Of a stretch of 64,000 nucleotides of DNA, positions 41,997 through 51,696 are shown piece after piece; positions within the stretch are counted from its first letter, which is position 1, and every line of letters begins with the position of its first letter. Location: NCBI GenBank assembly GCA_963716255.1, contig OY970303.1, positions 2,784,001 through 2,848,000 of the forward strand, read 5' to 3'. This DNA is from an uncultured Gemmatimonadales bacterium. Its GTDB lineage: Bacteria > Gemmatimonadota > Gemmatimonadetes > Longimicrobiales > Longimicrobiaceae. The position numbers and the translations under genes are program-made. Under the pieces are notes generated by a model. It worked only from the letters and a program-made list of their open reading frames with translations. It ran no database searches and had not been told where the DNA came from.

Positions 41997-42257
41997 TCAC
42001 GTCTCCAGCCCCCGGGGCGACGTAGCGGAATGGTCGGCGACGTCGGAAGCCCCCTGGTGGCGCGCACAGTGGGCGCAGCAGTAGAAGGTGCCGTTGGCCT
42101 CCACGCCGTGCCCGATCACCTTGCACCCGCAGTGGGCGCACACCGGCGCCAGCTTGTGGATGGCGCACTCGAAGCTGTCGAACACGTGCCGGTTCCCCGC
42201 GGCGACCACCTCGAACGACAGGTAGTAGTCGTTGCCGCACACTTCACACTTTGCCAT
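41997..42257 (-). CDS. Small Cys/His-rich metallothionein-like protein
   Basis: CEVCGN...FDSFECAIH...CAHCGC..IGHG....YCCAHCA; GGAGG RBS. Confidence 0.8.
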   Translation of the reverse strand: MAKCEVCGNDYYLSFEVVAAGNRHVFDSFECAIHKLAPVCAHCGCKVIGHGVEANGTFYCCAHCARHQGASDVADHSATSPRGLET

Positions 42258-42332
42258 CTCGGCCTCCGTCGCGCGTGTGGACCCACCTCCCGGACGAGCG
42301 GGGAGTCCCGCCGCACGCGCCGGGCCAGCCGC

Positions 42333-42770
42333 TCAGCGGCCCGCGGGCAGGGTGGCGTCCGGGAGCCCCCAGATGGCGGGGGAGGCCAGCTCCACCACGT
42401 TGCCGGCGGGATCGCGCAGGTACAGCGAGGCGCCGCCGCGCGGCCAGCGCACCTCGGACTCCACGGGCACGCCCAGCTCCGCCAGCCGCTCGCGCCAGGC
42501 GTCCAGCTCCGCTGCGGGGACGGCGAAGGCCACGTGCCCCGGCCCCGCGGCGCCGTGCACCGGGACCGGCCGGCCGCCCACGTACGTGGGCTCGGCCGAG
42601 GTGCGGCGCGGATCGAAGACCAGGAACACGCCGGCACCGCAGCGAAAGAACACGTGGCGCCCCTCGGCGCGGGCGAGGACCTCCAGCCCGAGGGCGGAGG
42701 TATAGAACGCCTCGGCCGCCGCGAGATCGGTGGCATACAGGCACGTTTCTAGCACGCCGCCGACGGTCAT
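42333..42770 (-). CDS. VOC/glyoxalase family protein
   Basis: ETCLYATDL..AEAFY...LGL, HGA.GPGHVAF, SLYLRDPAGNVVELA. Confidence 0.9.
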   Translation of the reverse strand: MTVGGVLETCLYATDLAAAEAFYTSALGLEVLARAEGRHVFFRCGAGVFLVFDPRRTSAEPTYVGGRPVPVHGAAGPGHVAFAVPAAELDAWRERLAELGVPVESEVRWPRGGASLYLRDPAGNVVELASPAIWGLPDATLPAGR

Positions 42771-43022
42771 TCCGGTCCGGGGGTGGGGTTCGCGGCGGGG
42801 CGGCAGCCCCGGCGGGGACGGGGGCGGCACGATCCGGACCACGGGGCCGGGTGCGCCGGCGGGCGGTCCGGCACGGAATGTGAGTGTGCGAGCGGTCGTC
42901 TCGCACGGGATCCCGGCGGACTCCCCGGCAAGAAACCAGTCAAAGTCTGTGGAGCTTCCCGCGGCGACAACCGCGGCCGGGAGGCGTGGACGTGTCGCGA
43001 GTCATCACTGAACAAAGCCGCA

Positions 43023-43838
43023 ATGAACGTCATCAAGCTGAACAACGGGACGGAGGTCCGGGTGAGCCCGGAGGACCACGCGCGCCTTGCGGGATATTCC
43101 TGGAGCCGGTTCCGCAACGGCCGCGCGTACCGCAAGGAGCTGATCCCGCGCGAGGAGCGCGGAGGAAAGAAGACGCACCGCACCCTGCTGCTCCACCGCG
43201 AGGTGATGGGGGTGGACGACGACCGGCAGGTGATCTTCCGCGACGGCGACGCCGCGAACTGCACCCGCGAGAACCTGGTGGTGGTGGACGCCAGCTTCCG
43301 CCCGCGGCAGCGCGCCAAGAAGGGCGGCTCGTCGCAGTTCCGCGGGGTGGGGTGGAACCGCGCCAAGGGGATGTGGCAGGCCTACGTCCGCGTCAACGGC
43401 AAGCTGCGGCACCTGGGCTTCTTCCCGGAGGGACCGGAGGGGGAGGAGAAGGCGGCCCGCGCCTACGACGAGGTGGCGAAGGCGGAGTTCGGCGAGCTCG
43501 CCGTGCTCAACTTCCCCCGCGTGCGGCGCCGGCGCCTTGCCGCGCACGCCTCGGCGCTGCTGAAGAGCAAGCCGCGCCTGGTGGCGAGTGTTCCGCTCCG
43601 CGCGGAGCCGCAGCCCTCCGCGCCGGCCGCGCCGCTGGTGGCGATGCCCGCGGGGCCGCTCGCCGGCCCCGTGGTGGCGGTGGAGGTTCAGCCGGAAGCG
43701 CCCGCCGCCCCCGGAGAGAGCGTGGAAGCGCTCTTCCAGAAGCCGGTCGCCGAGCTGACGCCGGAGGAGCTGGAGGCGATGAAGGCCCGCTTCCTGGGCG
43801 ACCGCTACCGCGCCCGCCCCCGGCGGCTCGTGGGCTGA
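43023..43838 (+). CDS. AP2-domain protein with degenerate HNH domain
   Basis: LHREVMG..VIFRDGDAANCTRENL (HNH-like, lacks DH) then SSQFRGVGW...WQAYVRVNGKLRHLGFF...AARAYD..A...FGE.A.LNF (AP2). Confidence 0.85.
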   Translation: MNVIKLNNGTEVRVSPEDHARLAGYSWSRFRNGRAYRKELIPREERGGKKTHRTLLLHREVMGVDDDRQVIFRDGDAANCTRENLVVVDASFRPRQRAKKGGSSQFRGVGWNRAKGMWQAYVRVNGKLRHLGFFPEGPEGEEKAARAYDEVAKAEFGELAVLNFPRVRRRRLAAHASALLKSKPRLVASVPLRAEPQPSAPAAPLVAMPAGPLAGPVVAVEVQPEAPAAPGESVEALFQKPVAELTPEELEAMKARFLGDRYRARPRRLVG

Positions 43839-43883
43839 CGACGAGGGAACAGGGAACAGCCTGCACGGCACTGCGGACCCAGT

Positions 43884-43923
43884 GAAAGCGCCCCCGCCGG
43901 GAATTCCCGGCGGGGGCGCTTTC
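43884..43923. terminator. Long palindromic terminator-like hairpin
   Basis: GAAAGCGCCCCCGCCGGGAATTCCCGGCGGGGGCGCTTTC. Confidence 0.7.
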
Positions 43924-43930
43924 GTCCGGG

Positions 43931-43984
43931 CCCTCACCCGGCGGCCTTATAGCCGCCACCCTGTCCCAATTCTGGGAGAGGGGG
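43931..43984 (+). repeat. Family B palindrome
   Basis: CCCTCACCCGGCGGC...GCCGCCACCCTGTCCCAATTCTGGGAGAGGG. Confidence 0.75.
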
Positions 43985-44017
43985 CAACGGCTGGATCTTG
44001 AGTACGGGCAGGCAGTT

Positions 44018-44151
44018 GCGTGAGGGATTACGGCCCGAAGGGGCGAGACCGCGCGGCTGTTTGCGCGGGCTCGACTCCGTTACGCACGGTTTTATCGTGC
44101 GTTACGGAGCCGAAGCCCGACCCCGGCGCCAGCCGGGGGCACGCCCGAACC
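44018..44151 (+). repeat. Family A repeat, copy 5
   Basis: Variant stems CGCGC/GCGCG and ACGCACG/CGTGCGT. Confidence 0.92.
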
Positions 44152-44159
44152 CCTCGTGG

Positions 44160-44297
44160 CTACAGGTGCCAGCCCCGGGCCCACAGGAAGGAGATGCCGG
44201 CCACGATGGCGAGCCACACCAGCGCGACGGCGAGCCCCGTGAGGGCCGCGGAGGTGCTGGTGCGGGCGTGTTCGTGCTCGTCGTGCGTCAGGGTCAT
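44160..44297 (-). CDS. Small membrane protein (45 aa)
   Basis: MTLTHDEHEHARTSTSAALTGLAVALVWLAIVAGISFLWARGWHL; GGAG RBS. Confidence 0.55.
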   Translation of the reverse strand: MTLTHDEHEHARTSTSAALTGLAVALVWLAIVAGISFLWARGWHL

Positions 44298-44397
44298 GGG
44301 ATCAGGCTCCGTTCGAGCGTCGGTTCGGGGATCGGGGCGGCCGCGCGGCCGCCGCTACAACTTCCGGGATCGGGCGCCGGGAGGCAAGGGACGCGCC

Positions 44398-45180
44398 TCA
44401 CGCGGGGCGCAGCACCACGGGGTCGCCGCGGCGCACGCCCAGCCGCTCGGCGGCGGAGGCCCCGTCCACCGACACCTCCAGGAAGCCCGCGCTCCCCGCG
44501 ATCGCGAAGGGCTCGCCCGGCGCCGCGCCGGCGTAGTGGCCGCGGAGCGCGCGCACCTCGCGCCCGCCCACGGTGAGGCGGAGCGCCCCGGCTGCCCTCG
44601 CGGGGAGGTCGCCCGGGGCGAGGGTGGTGACGCAGTTGCCGAAGCGGTCCACGTGCAGCACCTCGCCGCGCACGGTGCCGTCCGGGTCGCGCCGGACGGC
44701 GATGGACGGCAGCCGCACCGGGTCGCGGATCTCGCTCCCCAGCGACTCCGGCGCGGCGCCCGCCGCCAGCGCGGCCGCCACCGGGGCGAACACGTCGCGC
44801 CCGTGGAAGGTGCGGCTCACCGGGTGGCGGAAGTGGCGGCCGTCGTCCAGGTGCCAGACGCGCGCTCCCGGCTCGCGGTCCAGCACGTGGCTGAAGACGC
44901 CGTTGTCGGGGCCCACGAAGCGCTGCCCGCCCGCGGTCGCCACCACCGCCCGCCTCGCCGAGCCCACCCCCGGGTCCACCACCGCCACGTGCACGGTGCC
45001 CGGCGGGAAGTCGCGGTACACGGCCAGCAGCGTGAACGCGGCGGCGGCCACGTCCTGCGGCGGCACCTCGTGCGTCACGTCCACCAGGCGCGCGCCCGGC
45101 GCCCGCCCCAGCACCACGCCCTTCATGGCGGCCACGAAGTAGTCGGCCGTGCCGAAGTCGGTGAGCAGGGTGACGATCAT
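44398..45180 (-). CDS. SAM hydrolase / SAM-dependent halogenase (DUF62) family protein
   Basis: LLTDFG..D.FV, VVDPGVGSARR, GPDNG, TFHGRDVFAP, VDRFGN. Confidence 0.92.
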   Translation of the reverse strand: MIVTLLTDFGTADYFVAAMKGVVLGRAPGARLVDVTHEVPPQDVAAAAFTLLAVYRDFPPGTVHVAVVDPGVGSARRAVVATAGGQRFVGPDNGVFSHVLDREPGARVWHLDDGRHFRHPVSRTFHGRDVFAPVAAALAAGAAPESLGSEIRDPVRLPSIAVRRDPDGTVRGEVLHVDRFGNCVTTLAPGDLPARAAGALRLTVGGREVRALRGHYAGAAPGEPFAIAGSAGFLEVSVDGASAAERLGVRRGDPVVLRPA

Positions 45181-45229
45181 CGCGGGGATCCGGGTGGCGG
45201 GGCGGGTGGCGTAAAGGGCCTTGGGGCTT

Positions 45230-45358
45230 GGGCGTGCCCCCGGCTGGCGCCGGGGTCGGGCTTCGGCTCCGTAGGGCTGCAAACAACGCAGCCCTACGGA
45301 GTCGAGCCCCGGCAAACTGCCGCCGGGTCTCGCCCCTTCGGGCCGTAATCCCTCACGC
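45230..45358 (-). repeat. Family A repeat, copy 6
   Basis: GGGCGTGCCCCCGGCTGGCGCCGGGGTCGGGC...AATCCCTCACGC; inverted relative to copy 5. Confidence 0.92.
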
Positions 45359-45483
45359 AACTACCTGTCCGTGCTCAAGATCCAGCGGTTGCCCTTCTCC
45401 CGGAACGGCGCTTCACGCTTCGCGTGAACCGGATGAAGGACCCGGGTGGCGAGCCTCAAGCGAGCCGGGTGAGGGCGCCGCGC

Positions 45484-45753
45484 TCAGCCGGGGGGCTTTC
45501 CCTCGTGGCCCGGGTCCTTCTTCGCCAGGCGGCCGATCTCGATGTGCAGCGACATCAGGTCGCCGGACAGCTCGGTGATGCGCTCGCCGATCTCGATCAC
45601 GGTGCGCACGCCGTCGCCCCACACCTGCGCGACGTAGCAGTCGCCCGCGCGGAAGAGGACCCGCTGGGCGCGCTCCAGCGTCTGCATTGCCTCCCAGACC
45701 ATCTCGCCGGCCTCTTCGAGGTGGTCGGAGGAGCTCGGGTCGCGGTCGGGCAT
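45484..45753 (-). CDS. Hypothetical helical protein
   Basis: MPDRDPSSSDHLEEAGEMVWEAMQTLERAQR...; host-like codon use. Confidence 0.55.
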   Translation of the reverse strand: MPDRDPSSSDHLEEAGEMVWEAMQTLERAQRVLFRAGDCYVAQVWGDGVRTVIEIGERITELSGDLMSLHIEIGRLAKKDPGHEGKPPG

Positions 45754-45859
45754 GCGCGGGGAGGCAAGGGTGGAGGGCGGGTGGGCCGGGCGCCGCGGGG
45801 ACGCCCCAAAGATGGCCGCTCGCGCGCCGTCGCGCAAAGCGGGGGCGCGCAGCCGCCCG

Positions 45860-46438
45860 TTAGGGCGGGGGGCGCAGGCGCAGGGTGCCGTCCGGGAGGA
45901 GCTCGTGCCGGTCGCCGAGGACGGCCTCCAGGAGCGCGGTGTCCGGCTCCAGCGGCCCGATCCACACCCGCACCACCCGCCCCCGCCGGTCGATCAGCGC
46001 GGAGCGCGGGATCCCCCCGCGCGCCCCCAGCAGGGCGTCCAGCCGCTCCCACCCCTCCACCGAGGTGGGGTACGAGATGCCGAAGGCGCGCCGGAAGGCC
46101 TCCGCCTTGCGCAGCTCCTCCGTGCCGGCGTGCAGCCCCAGCACGACCAGCCCTTCCCCGCGGTAGCGGTCGTACAGCCGCTTCAGCGCCGGCATCTCCT
46201 CGATGCACGGCGGGCACCAGATGGCCCACGCGTTCACCAGTACCACCCGGCCGCGGAGCGCCTCCAGCGACACGGTGTCGCCCGCCAGCGTCACCGTGCG
46301 GAAGGCCGGCGCCGCCGCGCCCAGGCGCACCGTGCCGGGGATCTCCGCGGGCTGCTCGGGCACGTCGGGCACCGCGCAGCCCGGGAGCAGCGCGAAGGCG
46401 AGCAGGAGCCGGCCGGCGGCGAGTCGGCGTGCGGTCAT
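45860..46438 (-). CDS. TlpA-family thiol-disulfide oxidoreductase lipoprotein
   Basis: Lipobox LPGC; GRVVLVNAWAIWCPPCIEEMP. Confidence 0.92.
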   Translation of the reverse strand: MTARRLAAGRLLLAFALLPGCAVPDVPEQPAEIPGTVRLGAAAPAFRTVTLAGDTVSLEALRGRVVLVNAWAIWCPPCIEEMPALKRLYDRYRGEGLVVLGLHAGTEELRKAEAFRRAFGISYPTSVEGWERLDALLGARGGIPRSALIDRRGRVVRVWIGPLEPDTALLEAVLGDRHELLPDGTLRLRPPP

Positions 46439-46540
46439 GGAGCGGGTGTGAGTCAGGAGTGCGGGGCGGAAACGGCCCGCCCGCGGCGGCGGGGCGCGGA
46501 GCGGCCGGCGCGGGCGGGGAGCCCGCGCCGGCCCGTGCCA

Positions 46541-46744
46541 CTATCGGTCCGGGTCCAGGTCGCGCTGGACCTTGCCGAGCGCGTCCTGGGCCTTGCCCTT
46601 GAGCTGGTCCATCTTGCCCTCGGCCTGCAGGCTCGAATCCCCGGTCAGCCCGCCGGCGGCATCCTTGAGCTTGCCCTTGAGGTCGGTCCCCTTGCCTTCG
46701 AGCGAGTTCTCGGTGCCCTTGCGGGTGAGGTCTCCATCGGCCAT
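46541..46744 (-). CDS. CsbD-family stress protein
   Basis: KGKLKDAAGGLTGD..LQAEGK.DQLKGKAQ; GGAGG RBS. Confidence 0.88.
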   Translation of the reverse strand: MADGDLTRKGTENSLEGKGTDLKGKLKDAAGGLTGDSSLQAEGKMDQLKGKAQDALGKVQRDLDPDR

Positions 46745-46952
46745 CGGTGCCTCCACGTCTCGAGTTCCGGCGCAGTGCGGCGCACCGCACGGAGCTGCGT
46801 CGCAATTCGCGTACCCGGTTCCGGGAAAACGACTTGCGCCCCGGCACGCCGGCCTGTGCCCCGAGCCGGGCGGGGCCGGCGGCCGGGGCGCGGCCCTTGC
46901 CACCACGCGCCGGAGCGGCTAATTCACGGGAAAACCCTTCGACCCGGCGCAC

Positions 46953-47534
46953 ATGTTCCTCCTCCGCAGGCCCAGCGATGACCAGATGCGCCGCTACGTG
47001 GCGGAGCGGGAGGACGCGCCCCTCACCTACCCCGAGGCCGGCGCCAGCCTGGGCACCGCGGCGCCGCCGGGCTACCTGCGCAACTTCGCCATCACCCGGC
47101 TGGGCACGGGGATGGAGACGTACCGCCGCGCCGTGGCCGCGGTGCGGCGCTGGGCCATGTACGACATGGAGTGGACCCGCATCCTGTGGCCGGACACGCC
47201 CATCGAGCCGGGGCGCACCTCGGGGCTGCTGGTGCGGCACCTGGGGTTCTGGTCGCTGCACCCGTGCCGGATCGTCTACGTCATCGACGAGGCGGAGGGT
47301 CCCACCCGGCGCTTCGGCTTCGGGTACGGCACCGTGGCCGACCACGCGGAGCGGGGGGAGGAGCGCTTCACCGTGGAGTGGCGCATGAAGGACGACGTGG
47401 TGTCGTACGAGCTGTTCTCGTTCTCACGCCCGGCGGCGCCGCTGGCCGTCCTCGGCTTTCCGTTCAGCCGCGCCCTGCAGAAGCGGTTCGCGCGCGAGTC
47501 GCTGAGGGCCATGCGTGCTGCGGTGGCTTCCTGA
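46953..47534 (+). CDS. DUF1990 family protein
   Basis: LTYPEAGAS..PPGY, PCRIVYVIDE, FGFGYGTV.DHAERGEERF. Confidence 0.85.
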   Translation: MFLLRRPSDDQMRRYVAEREDAPLTYPEAGASLGTAAPPGYLRNFAITRLGTGMETYRRAVAAVRRWAMYDMEWTRILWPDTPIEPGRTSGLLVRHLGFWSLHPCRIVYVIDEAEGPTRRFGFGYGTVADHAERGEERFTVEWRMKDDVVSYELFSFSRPAAPLAVLGFPFSRALQKRFARESLRAMRAAVAS

Positions 47535-47550
47535 ACGGGTTTTGACGGCA

Positions 47551-47684
47551 GGTTCGGGCGTGCCCCCGGCTGGCGCCGGGGTCGGGCTTCGGCTCCGTAA
47601 CGCAGCAAACAACGCTGCGTAACGGAGTCGAGCCCCGCGAAACTGCCCGCGGGTCTCGCCCCTTCGGGCCGTAATCCCTCACGC
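47551..47684 (-). repeat. Family A repeat, copy 7
   Basis: Variant stem ACGCAGC/GCTGCGT. Confidence 0.92.
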
Positions 47685-47691
47685 GACGGCA

Positions 47692-47725
47692 GGCCCCTCC
47701 CCCGGTTCCTGGGAGGGGCTTTTTC
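47692..47725 (+). terminator. Rho-independent terminator-like hairpin
   Basis: GGCCCCTCCC..GGGAGGGGCT followed by a T run. Confidence 0.6.
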
Positions 47726-47755
47726 GTGGCACGTCCGGGCGTCTTCCGGATGCCG

Positions 47756-50182
47756 CTACCGCCCCGGGAGCAGCACGGTCGTGCGCTCGGCCGCGGCGCG
47801 CACCTTGTCGCGGGAAAAGAGCACGGGGAAGTACTCGCCGCGGGCCCAGGGGGCGAACAGGTCGCCGTAGTGCGGGTCGCGCGGGTCGCCGGACTGGCCC
47901 GGGGAGTTGGTGCCCAGGGAGGCGTCCCAGTCGGACGGGTCGGCGACGATGCGGAAGGTGGCGCCGGCAACCTGGTTCTCGTAGCCGCCGGTGGCGTTGA
48001 CCGTCTGCGAGCTGCCGCCGCGGGGAAGCGGACCCAGGTCCAGGCCGGCGCGGGCCGCGGAGTCCACGGCGGCGCTCAGCGGGTGCCGCAGCAGCACGTG
48101 GTGCATGCGCGGCTGGCCGTAGAGCCACGCGCTCACGTCCGGCCCCAGGCTCTCCCGCAATTCCGCCACGGCCTCGTCCAGGCTGCGCACCAGGATGAAG
48201 TCGCGCACGCGGACCGGCTCGCTGCCCAGGCGCCGGTCGGGCCGGGTCATCAGCTCCACGGCGCGCTCCAGCGCCACGCCGGGAAGGAAGGGGCGCGCCT
48301 CCTCCGGGACCATGCGGTCGCGCAGGTTGCGCTGGATGCGGCGCTCCCACGCCACGTAGATCGTGGCGGGCACGGACTCGGCGCCCAGCACGCGGTCCCA
48401 CCCCAGCAGCATCTCCCTCGCGCGGACGGCGAGCGAGTCGCGGACGGCGACGCGCCGCAGCAGCGGCACCAGCGCGCGGGCGGGGAGCGAGGTCTCGTCG
48501 TGCTGGAGCGCGGCCATGTCGCGCACGGTGAGCCCGCGCCGCGACCCCAGCACCTCGCCCACGCGCCGCACGCGGTACGGGTCGGCCCAGGTGAGCGCGA
48601 CGGCGTCGGTGTGGGGGTAGCCGGCGGGGACGTTGTTCTCGTTGGCGGTCGCCAGGAAGCCGCTGCGCGGGTTCGCGGCGCCGGGGAGATCGCGCACGGG
48701 GAGGAATCCGTCCCACTCGTAGCGCCCGTCGCCGGGCACGGGGAGCACGCCGCTCCACGCGCGCCGCACCGGCGCGATCCCCGTGGCCTGCCAGCCGATG
48801 TTCCCGCGCCGGTCGGCCCACACCATGTTCTCGGCCGGGGCCAGGGCGTAGCCGCACGCCTCCAGGAACTCCTCCCACGTGCGCGCCTGGTCCATGCGCA
48901 GCGAGGCCAGGTACGGCGCGGTGCCCGGCTCCAGCCACGCGGCCCGCAGCGCGTACGCCCGCCGCCCCTCGCGGTCCTCGTGCAGAACGGGGCCATGGCG
49001 GGTGAACCTCAGCTCCACCTCCACGGGCGCCTGGCCCTCCACCCGCACGGTGTCGCGCAGCACGCGCATGGTTTCCCAGCCGCCGCGGTAACGGTAGCGG
49101 AGGGGGTCGGCGGGGTCGGTCTCGTAGACGTACAGGTCCTCCTGGTCCACCCCGAAGATCGTCAGCCCCCACGCGCCCTCGGCGTTGTGGCCGATGGACA
49201 CGCCGGGGAGCGTGGGCTCGCCCCCGCCGACGACGTCCCACCCCGGCGCGGACAGGTGCACCCAGTAGCGCAGCGAGGGCACCTGGAGCGCGCGGTGCGG
49301 GTCGTTGGCGAGCAGCGGCAGGCCGCTCGCGGTCCGCCTTCCGGCGACCACCCAGTTGTTGCTGCCCACCGTCGCCATCTCCTCGCTCCAGTGGGGCCGG
49401 GCGGGCACGGCGGCGGAGAGCCGGGCGAGCGCGGTGCGGCCGGCGCGGCCGGCGGGGACCACGTCCTCCGCGCGGAAGCTGAGCGGGGCGCGGTAGGCGG
49501 TGTACAGCTCCAGCACGGCGCTGGTGATGCGCGCGGAGTCGAGGGCGGGGTCCAAAGCGAGCCTGGGGTCGCCCGGGGCGAAAACGTTGACGTCCGCGAC
49601 GGCGGCCGCGTCGCCGTGGCGGAGCGCCTGCGCGAGCGCGACCTCCTGCTCCACGTTGCGGAAGAGCCCGTTGTGGCGGGACACGACGACCTCGGGCGTC
49701 CAGCGGCCCGGGCGGATCCCCAGCCAGCCGAACTCGGGCGGGAGGAGCCGCGGGTCGCGCTCGGTCTCGGCGATGCGGGCGTTGACGCCGTCCACGAACG
49801 CGCCGACGATCTCTTCGCCCTGCGGGTGGTAGTGGCGCAGTTCGGCGCGCATGTCGCCGCGGAAGGCGAAGAGGCGCGCAGCCACGTCGCGCTTCAGCTC
49901 GCGCGGGCCCAGCACCTCGGCCAGCGTGCCGGTGGCCTGGCGGCGCCACATCTCCAGCTGGAACATGCGGTCGCGGGCGGCGTTGTAGCCCTGCGCGAAG
50001 AACAGGTCGCGGGTGCTCTGGGCGTAGATGTGCGGCACGCCCCAGCGGTCGCGCACGATCTCCACAGGTGCGGCGACGCCGGGGACGCGGAGGGTGTCGG
50101 CCTGGGCAGAGGCAGTGGACGGGGCGAGGAATGTCGCCCCGGCGAGGAGCGCGAGCGCGCACATCACAGGGACATGCTTCAT
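47756..50182 (-). CDS. Penicillin acylase (S45 Ntn-hydrolase) family protein
   Basis: RDRWGVPHIYA, GSNNWVVAG.RT.SG.PLLANDPH, PGQSGDP.DPHY.D. Confidence 0.93.
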   Translation of the reverse strand: MKHVPVMCALALLAGATFLAPSTASAQADTLRVPGVAAPVEIVRDRWGVPHIYAQSTRDLFFAQGYNAARDRMFQLEMWRRQATGTLAEVLGPRELKRDVAARLFAFRGDMRAELRHYHPQGEEIVGAFVDGVNARIAETERDPRLLPPEFGWLGIRPGRWTPEVVVSRHNGLFRNVEQEVALAQALRHGDAAAVADVNVFAPGDPRLALDPALDSARITSAVLELYTAYRAPLSFRAEDVVPAGRAGRTALARLSAAVPARPHWSEEMATVGSNNWVVAGRRTASGLPLLANDPHRALQVPSLRYWVHLSAPGWDVVGGGEPTLPGVSIGHNAEGAWGLTIFGVDQEDLYVYETDPADPLRYRYRGGWETMRVLRDTVRVEGQAPVEVELRFTRHGPVLHEDREGRRAYALRAAWLEPGTAPYLASLRMDQARTWEEFLEACGYALAPAENMVWADRRGNIGWQATGIAPVRRAWSGVLPVPGDGRYEWDGFLPVRDLPGAANPRSGFLATANENNVPAGYPHTDAVALTWADPYRVRRVGEVLGSRRGLTVRDMAALQHDETSLPARALVPLLRRVAVRDSLAVRAREMLLGWDRVLGAESVPATIYVAWERRIQRNLRDRMVPEEARPFLPGVALERAVELMTRPDRRLGSEPVRVRDFILVRSLDEAVAELRESLGPDVSAWLYGQPRMHHVLLRHPLSAAVDSAARAGLDLGPLPRGGSSQTVNATGGYENQVAGATFRIVADPSDWDASLGTNSPGQSGDPRDPHYGDLFAPWARGEYFPVLFSRDKVRAAAERTTVLLPGR

Positions 50183-50272
50183 ACGTGGACCTGATGAGAG
50201 TTCTGAGGCAAGGGCAAGGAGGTGGCTGGAGACCGGTCAAGAAGTTGAGACAGACGGATCTGTCGCTCCAGC

Positions 50273-51607
50273 CTACACGTTTGCGTGCCTGACGACGACA
50301 TCCAAACGGCCCTCTACCTGCCGAGGGGTGTTTGCGGCAATCACTCGGTATTGAATGCTGAAGGACTGTGCCTCGTCGTGTGAGGCAAACCCGACCGTGA
50401 GCATCGGAAGCTCGGACTCAGATTGGTGGTTCAACTTCTGTATCTGGTACTCCAACTCCCTGCCATCTGCGCGGTTCCTCACCTTCTTCAGCTGAAAGGA
50501 ATCAGGTGCCCGTGAGTGGGTAGTCGATTCGGGTCCGGCGAGCAGTGCGGGCGCTACTCCCTTCTCTGGCGCCTTGCTGCCTGGAGGCGGAGGAGGAGTT
50601 GGCTCCCGTAGCTCAGGAATGAGAACAAGGCAGTCGGGAAGCACGAGAAAGACGCGAGCATCCTCCGCCGGCTTCGTACCAACGTTGCTTACGACAAGCG
50701 GGAGCTGCCACGTACGCCGAACTGAATTCTGGTACTCACCCCAGGCAACGAGGTACTCCACGTATTGATTGAAGTACCTGTCGAGAGAAGTGTTGAAGTT
50801 CTGGGCTTCAATGATCGCGAACGATTTGGCAAAACGGGCCAGGCCCGCACGCACCTCGCGCCCACCTTCCCCCTCGCTCGCAAAACTGTCTGCCTGGGCG
50901 ATCAAGTCGGCAGGATCTCGCCGTTTGAACTTTGGCACGATCGTATGTGCGACATGCGCCCGGGCGACCTCGGGCGTCACCATCATCGCCCGGGACAACG
51001 GAACCTCCCACCGGTTGCTTCCGCCAACGAACGACAGGAGGAGTTCCGGAATTGCCCGCTTCAGCTCGCGGTTCTCGGCCTCAAGCTCCTGGATCCGCTT
51101 GCGGGACGGATCTGCCGTGTCAGGAATTTGCAGAGATTCGGGGAGGCGAATGGCACGAATTCCCAGACCGTGTGCCTTCAACTCCAATCCCGTGTCGTGT
51201 GTCACCAGCACGACCTCTTGCTCTGGATTGGTCTGCTTGTGATGAATGATCGACGCCAACAGCTGGTCGTCGGACCACGCCTTGTCGAGTTGGAGGGCGT
51301 CGTAGTCGATCTGGGGAAGAGCACTCGCAAACTGCACGCTTGTGGTTCCGTCGAGTCGCCCGCCTTCCTCCAAGATGGCCTTCCGAATTCTACGAAGCGC
51401 TTCGCGTGCCCGATCCCTTAGACGCTGGACCGTGTGCACATCCTTGTGCTTGTCGAGTTCGCCCACGACTACGGGCGGCAGGACGAGCCTGGCTTCAGAC
51501 GCCGCAAGCACCTTTGTCCAGCTGATCTGGTGAAACGGTTGGTAGTGGAGGAAGATGTTTGTATCGAGGAAGGCGACAACCGGCCCTCTGGCACGTCTGT
51601 TCTTCAT
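50273..51607 (-). CDS. PIN-domain protein with coiled coil and C-terminal beta domain
   Basis: AFLDTNIFLH, VVGELDKHK, DDQLLAS, LVTHDTGL.LKA; lower GC. Confidence 0.85.
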   Translation of the reverse strand: MKNRRARGPVVAFLDTNIFLHYQPFHQISWTKVLAASEARLVLPPVVVGELDKHKDVHTVQRLRDRAREALRRIRKAILEEGGRLDGTTSVQFASALPQIDYDALQLDKAWSDDQLLASIIHHKQTNPEQEVVLVTHDTGLELKAHGLGIRAIRLPESLQIPDTADPSRKRIQELEAENRELKRAIPELLLSFVGGSNRWEVPLSRAMMVTPEVARAHVAHTIVPKFKRRDPADLIAQADSFASEGEGGREVRAGLARFAKSFAIIEAQNFNTSLDRYFNQYVEYLVAWGEYQNSVRRTWQLPLVVSNVGTKPAEDARVFLVLPDCLVLIPELREPTPPPPPGSKAPEKGVAPALLAGPESTTHSRAPDSFQLKKVRNRADGRELEYQIQKLNHQSESELPMLTVGFASHDEAQSFSIQYRVIAANTPRQVEGRLDVVVRHANV

Positions 51608-51696
51608 AGAAATCTGTGGGGAGTGACATTCCGGAATATGAAGTTCGTTGAATCTGACAGATGTCCTCGCATCAGTCCACACCCTGAATGGGCCAT

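Noticed and set aside
41997..42257. Cys-rich ORF as a RiPP precursor
   Set aside because: CxxC/CxC/CC pattern without a leader or modifying enzymes fits a known metallothionein-like small-protein family
44398..45180. Fluorinase or chlorinase call
   Set aside because: The TFHGRD His with the conserved Asp and Arg fits SAM hydroxide adenosyltransferase (DUF62); halogenases have Tyr at this position; no biosynthetic cluster nearby
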